DNA from: a virus
IMG/VR virus record: IMGVR_UViG_3300007519_001732
Strand: one strand, 5' to 3'
Length of the DNA: 12,368 nucleotides
Below the pieces are notes generated by a model. The model saw only the letters and a program-made list of their open reading frames with translations, did no database searches and was not told the origin of the DNA. Below are positions 1 to 7,514 of this stretch, one piece after another (the first letter of the stretch is position 1; each line of letters opens with the position of its first letter). The position numbers and the translations under genes were made by a program.

Positions 1-61
1 GCTATATGAACCTGTAGATGGTTAAAGAAATCTACTGGTGCCGAGATGCCTGACGATAATA

Positions 62-433
62 ATGGATCTATCATACAACTATAGTAAACCAATATCAGTA
101 ATTACTATATATAACATGAGAGATCCTATTAGACATGGTGGGCTTAATAGTCCAGGTATACTTTCTGGCGGCATTGTTTCTTCCGGCAATTTTCGTTTAA
201 ATAAATACCAAAGAGCTACTGTATCTGCACCTAGAGCTAGAGGCCCAAGAACCAGAGATCCCGGAATGCGTCAAGCTAAAGTAGGTATTAGGGGCCTACA
301 AAAAGTTGAAACAAAAGGATTAGGAGCGATTGCTACGCCTCAGTCAGTATCAGCTAGAGCGGGAATGCGCGCAAATTTCAGCTGGCAAAGTCTTAATTTT
401 AATAAGAACCCAAGATATAATCCATATACTTAA
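62..433 (+). CDS. Hypothetical protein; start uncertain (GTG 38, ATG 62 or ATG 113); Gly/Pro/Arg-rich, possibly from a neighbouring plus-strand structural module
   Basis: Only open frame on either strand here; the minus-strand frames I checked are interrupted. Composition looks natural (...SAPRARGPRTRDPGMRQAKVGIRGLQKVETKGLGAIATPQSVSARAGMRANFSW...). Ends tail-to-tail with the minus-strand methyltransferase at a shared ttaa (430-433). Confidence 0.5.
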   Translation: MDLSYNYSKPISVITIYNMRDPIRHGGLNSPGILSGGIVSSGNFRLNKYQRATVSAPRARGPRTRDPGMRQAKVGIRGLQKVETKGLGAIATPQSVSARAGMRANFSWQSLNFNKNPRYNPYT

Positions 434-1083
434 TATTGTAATTTTTTAATAAAGCTCACGATAAAAGCTGTATCTGAATAATCCTTATGATTCCAAATAG
501 GGACTTCAACATAATTTATATCGCTTATTAGACCTATATCTAATTTAGCATTTAGAGCTTTATCAAAAGATGTATCGCTAAAATGATCTTTTTTGATGCT
601 AACTACCACAAGACCGCCAGGTTTAAGGCAACTTAATAAAGAAAAAAGTTCTTCACTCCCTAGATGCCCGGGAGTGAATGTCCCAGAACTAGTTAATATA
701 TCATAATATTCTTTAGCAAAAAAAATTGGCTTTGTAAGATCTCGTTCAAATAAATAATTATAACAAGATTGTCCATCGGATTTAATTTTAGACTTAGCTA
801 TACCTAGCATAGCCGTAGATATGTCTACGCCATCAATTATCAACTGGGGGGCTTTTTCCCCCAGGGACAAACCAAGAGCACCACTGCCACAGCCAATATC
901 AAGTACGGTATAAGTATTTTTAGAGACATGTTTGATAACCTCATTTGCTACATATTCATCAAGAATATAATTAGTTTCTTTTAAAAAATTATCATAATTT
1001 TTAGCAGTGTCATCATAAAATTTTTTTATATCCTCCGACGAAGAATATCCATAAACGTTATCACAGTCTTTAGGATGATCCAT
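430..1083 (-). CDS. Class I SAM-dependent methyltransferase
   Basis: Motif I VLDIGCGSGALGLSLG, then DGVDIS, YDILTSSGTF and LLSCLKPGGLVVVSI. The ATG at 1083 (MDHPKDCDNVYGY...) is preferred over the 1128 start because the upstream gene ends at 1088. Confidence 0.85.
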   Translation of the reverse strand: MDHPKDCDNVYGYSSSEDIKKFYDDTAKNYDNFLKETNYILDEYVANEVIKHVSKNTYTVLDIGCGSGALGLSLGEKAPQLIIDGVDISTAMLGIAKSKIKSDGQSCYNYLFERDLTKPIFFAKEYYDILTSSGTFTPGHLGSEELFSLLSCLKPGGLVVVSIKKDHFSDTSFDKALNAKLDIGLISDINYVEVPIWNHKDYSDTAFIVSFIKKLQY

Positions 1084-1087
1084 CTGG

Positions 1088-2179
1088 TTAAAGGTTCTCA
1101 AACTCTTCTCCGGAGCCCGAATTCTCAAATCCTATAATCCCTAAATCTTCGAATTGATTGCGTAGCCAACCGTTATTACGATCCAGCAAACCTAAATTTT
1201 TACAGCTTGGTACAATTTTAGCAAGCGATAATCTGTGTATAAAAACATTTACTGGATCTTTAAACAAGATGGGAATAATATCCTTGGCTTTTACACCCAT
1301 GTTTTCAAAAACCTCGTATTGATAAATTCTATCATGAATATAAATACATGATTCAAACGCAAAAACTTGACGGTCTTTAATCTCAGCGTCAGTCATATCC
1401 TCATATACTTTTTTAAGGGTCAAAACTCCGAATGCTACATGTCTTGATTCATCAATCATAACTTGACGGAGCAGCTGTTTTAGCAAGGGTTCACTACTCA
1501 TTCCATACATATGCCCAAATGATGCTAGGGCCAATCCTTCAAGCATTACTTGCATCCCCAGATATGTCATATCCCAACGGCTATCACCAATAATATGGTC
1601 AAGTAATTTTTTTGCATGCGCGTTAACAGGGTATATCTTACCCATTTTTTCCGTAATATAACGATTGAATACTTCAGCGTGGCGCGCCTCATCTACCACC
1701 TGTGTAGCAGCATACATCTTTGCGTCGTACCATGGAACAGTCTCAACAATTCTTGATGCACAGAGCATCGCTCCCTGTTCGCCATGAAGCGTCTGAGAGA
1801 GTACCCATCGTCTACTCTCAATACCAAACTCAAGCCATTCTTTTGGGCCCCATTTTGAAATTGGGGTTTTATCGTATAGAGAAATATCGATTCTCAAACC
1901 AAGATTTTTTTCCTCTTCGATTACTACACGCTCAATATCAACTTCCGTATCCCATGGAAGATCATTCCCATTCCACTGTCCCTGTTTAGCCTTTTCGTAT
2001 AGTTTATTTAACTGAGGCCTAGTGGAAGAATAGTCCCATGTTAGAATGGAATCACGAGTTGTCTTAACGGAATGTTCGGTGATCGAAGAATCATAATCCG
2101 GAACATCCAATATAGCTTCCAGGTCGTTTAATCTAGTTCTACCAGTTATCCCTTTTATGGAATCTTTTGTAATTGTCAT
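1088..2179 (-). CDS. Ferritin-like diiron oxygenase, AurF (p-aminobenzoate N-oxygenase)/R2-like superfamily
   Basis: 363 aa. Two helix-borne ExxH motifs, VVDEARHAEVF and MIDESRHVAFG, each preceded by a conserved-looking Glu helix (LHGEQGAML; MLEGLALASFG), giving an E/ExxH/E/ExxH ligand pattern. Confidence 0.75.
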   Translation of the reverse strand: MTITKDSIKGITGRTRLNDLEAILDVPDYDSSITEHSVKTTRDSILTWDYSSTRPQLNKLYEKAKQGQWNGNDLPWDTEVDIERVVIEEEKNLGLRIDISLYDKTPISKWGPKEWLEFGIESRRWVLSQTLHGEQGAMLCASRIVETVPWYDAKMYAATQVVDEARHAEVFNRYITEKMGKIYPVNAHAKKLLDHIIGDSRWDMTYLGMQVMLEGLALASFGHMYGMSSEPLLKQLLRQVMIDESRHVAFGVLTLKKVYEDMTDAEIKDRQVFAFESCIYIHDRIYQYEVFENMGVKAKDIIPILFKDPVNVFIHRLSLAKIVPSCKNLGLLDRNNGWLRNQFEDLGIIGFENSGSGEEFENL

Positions 2180-2787
2180 GACTCTATCCTATCATATTTG
2201 TATGCAGACCAATCGGGATTGATTGTTAAGTTTGGATTTTTTGGACTAAGATTTGCACTAATAACTATTCTTGGCTCATCATTATAGTGCCTATTCGTCA
2301 TGTGTGTCAAAAACGAATTAAAGACGATTAACATTCCAGTTTCTGGTTTGATTGAAGATGTTTTTTCTAAAATACTACAATGATTAGTTATAAATATTAA
2401 TTCAGCGCTATTTACTGGTGCATTTATATAGTAAGATATGGAATAATATTCCTCAGGGTATATATGGTTATTTACTTTATGGGAATGTGCGGAAACGGCC
2501 TGATACTTTTCAAGTGTTAAGGTCCATACTGAATCTATCTCCATTTCTTTATGAACGATTTCACTAACTGCAGATTCAATTTTACCTATTAATTTAGCAC
2601 ACTCGGGCTTTTCAAAAGGATAAGTTCTATCTTCGTAAAAAGAATGAGCTGGAGTATAATCTTTTACATGGGGTATATCACCAGAAAAATCTTTTATCTC
2701 CTTTGCTATTAAATCAACATTAATACCATCTATAATAGTAGTAAATACATCTAATGTATATAAATTTACCCTATTTGCAATAGACAT
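2176..2787 (-). CDS. Putative 2OG-Fe(II) oxygenase (PF13759-like)
   Basis: SAHSHKVNN...YYSISYYINAPVNSAELIFI...SSIKPETGMLIVFNSFLTHMTN...EPRIVISANLSPK has the layout of this double-stranded beta-helix family. Start set to 2787 (MSIANRV) because AAAGGAGG lies just upstream and the ATG overlaps the previous stop (TAATG). Confidence 0.6.
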   Translation of the reverse strand: MSIANRVNLYTLDVFTTIIDGINVDLIAKEIKDFSGDIPHVKDYTPAHSFYEDRTYPFEKPECAKLIGKIESAVSEIVHKEMEIDSVWTLTLEKYQAVSAHSHKVNNHIYPEEYYSISYYINAPVNSAELIFITNHCSILEKTSSIKPETGMLIVFNSFLTHMTNRHYNDEPRIVISANLSPKNPNLTINPDWSAYKYDRIES

Positions 2788-3521
2788 TATGCCTCCTTTA
2801 TAATAAAAGTCAAACCATAAAACAGAGGGATATGATACATGCGACAATCATTTCTTAACTTTACATCATTATGGTATTCCCACACTGGAGAAGCTATCGT
2901 ATCATTCTGATACAAAAAAACGCTATCTGAAGTATTCTGTATCACCAAAATACCGTTAGGAGATAATTTATCTATATATTTATCAATTGGAAAAAATGGA
3001 TTTTCCATATCTTGCGACCACGCTAGCATTAAATCAAATTGACGTTCTTGTAATTCAAAGTCTTGCATGTTGATTACATCATATTCTAGCGGAGTAGATT
3101 TTTGTTGGAACTTTTCGTATAGTGAAAGTTTTTTATTGTTGAGAAAACAAATATTAGAACCATATATTTCTTGAAATGGTTGGAGTCTAAATCTATCTAG
3201 TCCACCAGAAATTGCAAGAATATTTTTCTTTGGGCTTATATCCATAATCATTTGGATTAATAGTATCGGCATCCATTGAGACTGCCCATATGAATCAGCT
3301 AGAGCTGGTCTTGGGTAGTGAATAACAAATTCGTAATCAGCAGCACCTCCAGTGGCAATATTTCTTTTATCTACTCCAACTGTATTATATAAATAGTCGG
3401 CTATATCTACAGATTCTGGTCCATCAACTTTTGTCGATTTATTAGCATATTCGCGCCAATCATAAAACCATTTAGTATAGTCAAAAGACATTTGAGGTTC
3501 AAATCTTTTTTCGCTAGACAT
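2787..3521 (-). CDS. Hypothetical protein, possibly a divergent Rossmann-fold/SAM methyltransferase-like protein
   Basis: 244 aa. NILAISGGLDRF resembles a degenerate motif I; FDLMLAWSQDM and PIDKYIDKLSPNGILVIQNTSDSVF resemble post-motif strands of class I methyltransferases. Confidence 0.4.
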   Translation of the reverse strand: MSSEKRFEPQMSFDYTKWFYDWREYANKSTKVDGPESVDIADYLYNTVGVDKRNIATGGAADYEFVIHYPRPALADSYGQSQWMPILLIQMIMDISPKKNILAISGGLDRFRLQPFQEIYGSNICFLNNKKLSLYEKFQQKSTPLEYDVINMQDFELQERQFDLMLAWSQDMENPFFPIDKYIDKLSPNGILVIQNTSDSVFLYQNDTIASPVWEYHNDVKLRNDCRMYHIPLFYGLTFIIKEA

Positions 3522-3798
3522 TACTTACCTCATAGGTAGAATATTGGACATCAAACCAAGCTCTTCTGATATTTCTAGATAAAGATATATTTTGTTTTTT
3601 AATATATTCTTGACTAGCAATATTTATATTTGGATCACTATGTTTATATACGTAGTTTTTTCTAATTGAATTAATAGCATCGTCTATAGATAAGCTTTCT
3701 ATCTCGCTAAAAGAAAAACCTAAAATAAGCAACAACGTGGCTAAATGCTGCGAACGATATTCTAAATCTTTATCGGCACTATACTTTTTCGTCATCAT
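3514..3798 (-). CDS. Hypothetical protein, 94 aa
   Basis: Intact ORF inside the collinear cluster with short overlaps to both neighbours; no recognised domain. Confidence 0.6.
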   Translation of the reverse strand: MMTKKYSADKDLEYRSQHLATLLLILGFSFSEIESLSIDDAINSIRKNYVYKHSDPNINIASQEYIKKQNISLSRNIRRAWFDVQYSTYEVSNV

Positions 3799-3979
3799 CT
3801 TTTTCTTCCTTGAACATAGCTACACCCTGACATAGACTAACTGGTTTGCCAGCTACATAATAGATTCCAGTAGCTGAATCCCACTCAATTGTTTCATTAT
3901 CCCAATCTACAATATCGGTAATTGATTCGCCCTTTCTCACCGACCAATCAATTTCGTTAGGTTCGCCAATACTGCTCAT
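3779..3979 (-). CDS. Small acidic hypothetical protein, 66 aa
   Basis: MSSIGEPNEIDWSVRKGESITDIVDWDNETIEWDSATGIYYVAGKPVSLC...EEKDDDEKV; its start overlaps the previous stop (TAATG). Confidence 0.6.
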   Translation of the reverse strand: MSSIGEPNEIDWSVRKGESITDIVDWDNETIEWDSATGIYYVAGKPVSLCQGVAMFKEEKDDDEKV

Positions 3980-4197
3980 TATTGATGTCCAGATAATCTA
4001 TTATATGCAGTAATCTCTGACCTTAAACATTCAAAAGAGTTATATAGAACGTGCTGATCGTCATATGGATTTTTCGTTAATTCATCCATATCAATTTCTC
4101 CGATATTGATTAAGCTACTTAGTATAAATATTGACTTCTTTAGATAAGCTGTAGCTTCAAAAACTGCCTTATCTTTATCAAAATTTCCCAATTTCAT
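3979..4197 (-). CDS. Small hypothetical protein, 72 aa
   Basis: Collinear ORF. AAAGGAG lies just upstream of the start (tctcctttatgat on +), and its stop overlaps the next start. Confidence 0.65.
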   Translation of the reverse strand: MKLGNFDKDKAVFEATAYLKKSIFILSSLINIGEIDMDELTKNPYDDQHVLYNSFECLRSEITAYNRLSGHQ

Positions 4198-4221
4198 ACA
4201 ATCTCCTTTATGATAAAACTA

Positions 4222-4905
4222 TTATACCATAGGGGTAAAAAATCCCTGGGATACAAATCTATTTCCAGCAATTACCGGCAAGACTTCGTGGGCCATGTCC
4301 TCTTCCCATGCATGCGCCCATAGAACCAGTGAATTAGCTGTGGGCTTATAGTCGAAGCCTATTTTCGGCATACTAAACTTCCCCCCTTTAAAATCATCAT
4401 TAATGTAATAAACAGATGAATAGTGAGTATAGGCATTACGATCAGCCAGAAAGGTTCCGTCACAATGCATTTTCATATAATCACCCTTTGAGGCTTTAGT
4501 GATCCACGGTCCGCTTTCTCTTACGGTGTCTACTCCATAAATATTTTTAATCAGGACAATTGTTTTATCTAAAACGTCGGCTAAAATCTCGAATGTTTCA
4601 CCACTAACCGGAATATCCATAGACATTTTATAGTTGTCACCATGTCTAGAATCATCTGGGTATGGTTCTTCTATTTTTCCCTGTGTGAATAAATCATATT
4701 CTTCTTCTGTCATCAAGAATGAACGCTGGTATGTAAAATTTTCATCTTTTGTATGAGTATATTTTTTCCACCTAACTGGAGAACCATATCCCACAAACTC
4801 AAAATTATCTTCTTTCGCAACGCAATAATTATTGACAGTATTCCAATTTTCTTTTGGAAGAAAATCTTTGTATATTATTATTCTTGGTTTTTGCATATCA
4901 TTCAT
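4222..4905 (-). CDS. 2OG-Fe(II) oxygenase (P4H-like)
   Basis: HxD in YMKMHCDG, then HYSSVYYINDDFKGGKFSMPKIG, distal His in EDMAHEVLPV, and Arg in GNRFVSQGFF. Confidence 0.8.
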   Translation of the reverse strand: MNDMQKPRIIIYKDFLPKENWNTVNNYCVAKEDNFEFVGYGSPVRWKKYTHTKDENFTYQRSFLMTEEEYDLFTQGKIEEPYPDDSRHGDNYKMSMDIPVSGETFEILADVLDKTIVLIKNIYGVDTVRESGPWITKASKGDYMKMHCDGTFLADRNAYTHYSSVYYINDDFKGGKFSMPKIGFDYKPTANSLVLWAHAWEEDMAHEVLPVIAGNRFVSQGFFTPMV

Positions 4906-4909
4906 AGGG

Positions 4910-5652
4910 TCATCCGTCTACGAAAAAGAAACCTTGAGAGACAAAGCGACATCCTGATGTAACTGGGGCCACCCAATGGATCATATCTTCATGTGAAGTA
5001 TTGGAAAATAAAAGTAATGAATTTTTTATCGGCCTATATTTAAGGCCCATTAAAGGCATGTCAAAATCCCGCCCTCGAAATCATTTTTATCACTAATGTA
5101 AAATACGGAAGAAAATTCTGTAATCTTAGATTCGTCTTCGCTTGGGTAGCCATCTAAGTGCATATTCATATGCGCACCATTTTCTGCCAGTGATATCCAT
5201 GGTCCACTTTCGGCTAAAGCTTTAACGTTATAAATATCTTTAATCATTTGTTCTGTTTTCTCTAATACGTTTTTTAGAATATCAATAGCTTTTTCTTTCA
5301 TTGGGCTATCCGGCCAAATAGAGTAATGGGTTAATATAATTATATCTGATGGAATTTTTTGCTGCACTTCTTCATAGCTATCCGGTCCAGAGTATTTCTC
5401 CAAAATAGGAACAGCCTTCATGTAGGTTATGTCTTTGAACTTAGAATGCGGTTGCTCTATATATGACATAGCTTTTCTCGTATTGCTATCTTCTCTCCAT
5501 GCATTATGGTTGTCCCAGGCAGAAGAGGTTTGGTTAACTTCTTTAAACAAATCTTTATTTTCGTAGCAGTATGTATAAAGTGTTTCAAAATCTTCGACTG
5601 AGATGAAGTCTGTTATCACAGATATTCTAGGTTGGTAATTTCTATCTAACAT
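4910..5652 (-). CDS. 2OG-Fe(II) oxygenase (P4H-like), split by a 1-nt frameshift near 5068-5070; paralog of the 4222..4905 product
   Basis: The called ORF (5050..5679) ends ...SSVFYISDKNDFEGGILTCL*. Shifting by one base at GGC GGG AT gives ...FEGGDFDMPLMGLKYRPIKNSLLLFSNTSHEDMIHWVAPVTSGCRFVSQGFFFVDG*, which aligns to its neighbour and restores the distal His and Arg. Start at 5652 has AAGGA upstream. The restored stop lies 4 nt before the next ATG. Confidence 0.75.
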
Positions 5653-6538
5653 ATTTTTCCTTGTCAGAAAACAATTCATCGTAATATGGTATTTGAAACC
5701 CCATCACTAATTGATCAAAAATTCTTTCTTCATTTTTCCAACCAGGTGAGAAACTATGTAATATTGCTCTGTTATCCCATATTAGTAAATCACCCTCTTC
5801 ATATGACCAATCATACCAATTTTTTTTATCAGATAGATAATCCATAATCCAATTTTTTAAATCTATAAACCATTCTTTTTTATCGCCATTTAATTGTACG
5901 TTTTTAAACGAAGGCCAAAATAAAATAGTTTCTTTTGTTACCGGATGCGTTCTATATGGATAAAAAAGCCCACACTGCTGTGGATTGGAATTAGGTTCTA
6001 ATTTATTTCCGTGCTGATCGGTATTACTATGATGTTCTAGAATAGAGGCGTTTAAATAATTTTTGTACTCTCCTGGACATTCGTTGTACAATTTAATCAG
6101 ACTAAGAAATGACGTTTTCCCAAACTTTGGATCACATGTAAACTTTTGCATATGCATTGCGACATAACAGCTTGCATTTCTTTCATCTAAATTATTATTT
6201 TCGCCATCAAGGATTGGCATTATATCAACATGCATAGACCATTTTTCGAATTCAGCTATTTGTTCTTCTGTTGGGTCTAGTAAATATCCAGTGTTTAAAT
6301 ATTCGTGGTTAAAATCAGATACCCAGTAAAATTCTTTATTTTGATCATCCAATTCTGATAATTTACCTAAGCCTAAAACTATCTTTTCTATATTTTGTTT
6401 AGTAAAAATTGCACCCCTAAAACCTATTATTTTATTTTTTACAAGCTTACCGGAATAATATCTCATGCTATTTTCAATATTATTCATTGAAAGATTTTTA
6501 AAGCAAAAACCATCTACCCTATATCTATTCCCATACAT
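5642..6538 (-). CDS. TauD/TfdA (clavaminate synthase-like) family dioxygenase
   Basis: 298 aa. HxD in KWSMHVDIMPIL, then YPYRTHPVTKETILFWPS, WSYEEGDLLIWDNRAILHSFSPGWKNEERIFDQLVMG (distal His and Arg). Confidence 0.75.
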   Translation of the reverse strand: MYGNRYRVDGFCFKNLSMNNIENSMRYYSGKLVKNKIIGFRGAIFTKQNIEKIVLGLGKLSELDDQNKEFYWVSDFNHEYLNTGYLLDPTEEQIAEFEKWSMHVDIMPILDGENNNLDERNASCYVAMHMQKFTCDPKFGKTSFLSLIKLYNECPGEYKNYLNASILEHHSNTDQHGNKLEPNSNPQQCGLFYPYRTHPVTKETILFWPSFKNVQLNGDKKEWFIDLKNWIMDYLSDKKNWYDWSYEEGDLLIWDNRAILHSFSPGWKNEERIFDQLVMGFQIPYYDELFSDKEKYVR

Positions 6539-6574
6539 AAATACATTGCCCCTTTACTAGCGTGGTATTAAGGT

Positions 6575-7243
6575 TCACCATGTAAAGTCCTTAACCATAC
6601 TTTTAATATAATCGCTTGCATTAAGTGTACTAGCTAGCGTTATTCTTTTCCCGTACCAACCATTCGCCATGGTGTATCGAGTGCCGCTTAATATTTTATT
6701 TACTCTATGGAGATATTTAGAATTTGATGGAAAGCAAATAAAGTCACCGACTTTTGGTTTTATTTCTATTTCATAGTCAGGAAAAACAAGTTCTCCTCCA
6801 TCATAATTATCATTAAGATATAAGATTGAGTTATAGTTTTGAAGATAGTTTGGTATGATGCTTTGAGCATCAACATTATTTTCTTCCGTAGAAAGCGGAT
6901 AACCTATATTATAATCAGAGTCAGAGTGCATTTCTTGATAAGAACCCCTTTCCCAAACGCGTGCGTTTAAGGATGGCGTTGTCCAAACTTTGTCGCCAAA
7001 GATATATTCAATTTTTTCTAAAGCTTTTGATATATAACTATTCATAATAATTATTACGTCTTCGTCGGCATTCTCGAAGCTAGCTATTTTATAATATCCA
7101 TAGGTCTCAATTTTACCGTCAAGAGAAACTAAACTTTTTTCGAAAGAATCATAGCTGTCTAAGTACTTACAGACTATTTGTAAATCGCTTTCAGGTATAA
7201 AATTATTAATTATATGTATATTATTAGGAGAGGCTGTTTTCAT
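6575..7243 (-). CDS. 2OG-Fe(II) oxygenase (P4H-like)
   Basis: YQEMHSDSDYNIGYP...YNSILYLNDNYDGGELVFPDYEIEIKPKVGDFICFPSNSKYLHRVNKILSGTRYTMANGW; HxD...H...R pattern. Confidence 0.8.
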   Translation of the reverse strand: MKTASPNNIHIINNFIPESDLQIVCKYLDSYDSFEKSLVSLDGKIETYGYYKIASFENADEDVIIIMNSYISKALEKIEYIFGDKVWTTPSLNARVWERGSYQEMHSDSDYNIGYPLSTEENNVDAQSIIPNYLQNYNSILYLNDNYDGGELVFPDYEIEIKPKVGDFICFPSNSKYLHRVNKILSGTRYTMANGWYGKRITLASTLNASDYIKSMVKDFTW

Positions 7244-7328
7244 AAAAGGTCTAATCTTCCATTAATCCTTAATCTTTATGATTTTTGTAAACTTTAAGAT
7301 ATATATGTTTTTAAAAAAACATACTTTC

Positions 7329-7514
7329 CTAATATTCAATACCCTGTAAATTTAACACCTTCTTATTTAATTCTTTATTTTGTATGCGCAAAGAAGAAAT
7401 TTCTTTGGCAGCGTCTAGGAACAATGATTCATAAACCATAATACCATTCTTTTGACCCTTAGCTATTTCACCTAAAGCAACTAAGGCTTCTAGAATATCA
7501 TCTTTTTGCTGCAT
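7329..7514 (-). CDS. Hypothetical protein, 61 aa, predicted helical/coiled coil
   Basis: MQQKDDILEALVALGEIAKGQKNGIMVYESLFLDAAKEISSLRIQNKELNKKVLNLQGIEY; overlaps the stop of the proteasome-like gene by 17 nt. Confidence 0.5.
   Translation of the reverse strand: MQQKDDILEALVALGEIAKGQKNGIMVYESLFLDAAKEISSLRIQNKELNKKVLNLQGIEY

Noticed and set aside
1720-1989. 89-aa plus-strand ORF
   Set aside because: Fully antisense to the diiron oxygenase gene; no independent support.
2788-2847. N-terminal extension MSHVSYPSVLWFDFYYKGGI of the PF13759-like ORF
   Set aside because: AAAGGAGG sits directly before the internal ATG at 2787, so the extension just translates the ribosome-binding site and the upstream gene's 3' end.
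3621-3628. T4-late-promoter-like TATAAATA (minus strand) and similar copies elsewhere
   Set aside because: Inside a coding region and frequent by chance in AT-rich DNA; no positional consistency with gene starts.
4753-4962. 69-aa plus-strand ORF
   Set aside because: Antisense to the tandem 2OG oxygenase genes; low-complexity aromatic and basic composition.
7305-7324. AT palindrome tatgtttttaaaaaaacata upstream of the oxygenase cluster
   Set aside because: Composed almost only of A/T runs with a very short loop; expected by chance in this composition, so not called as a terminator or operator.
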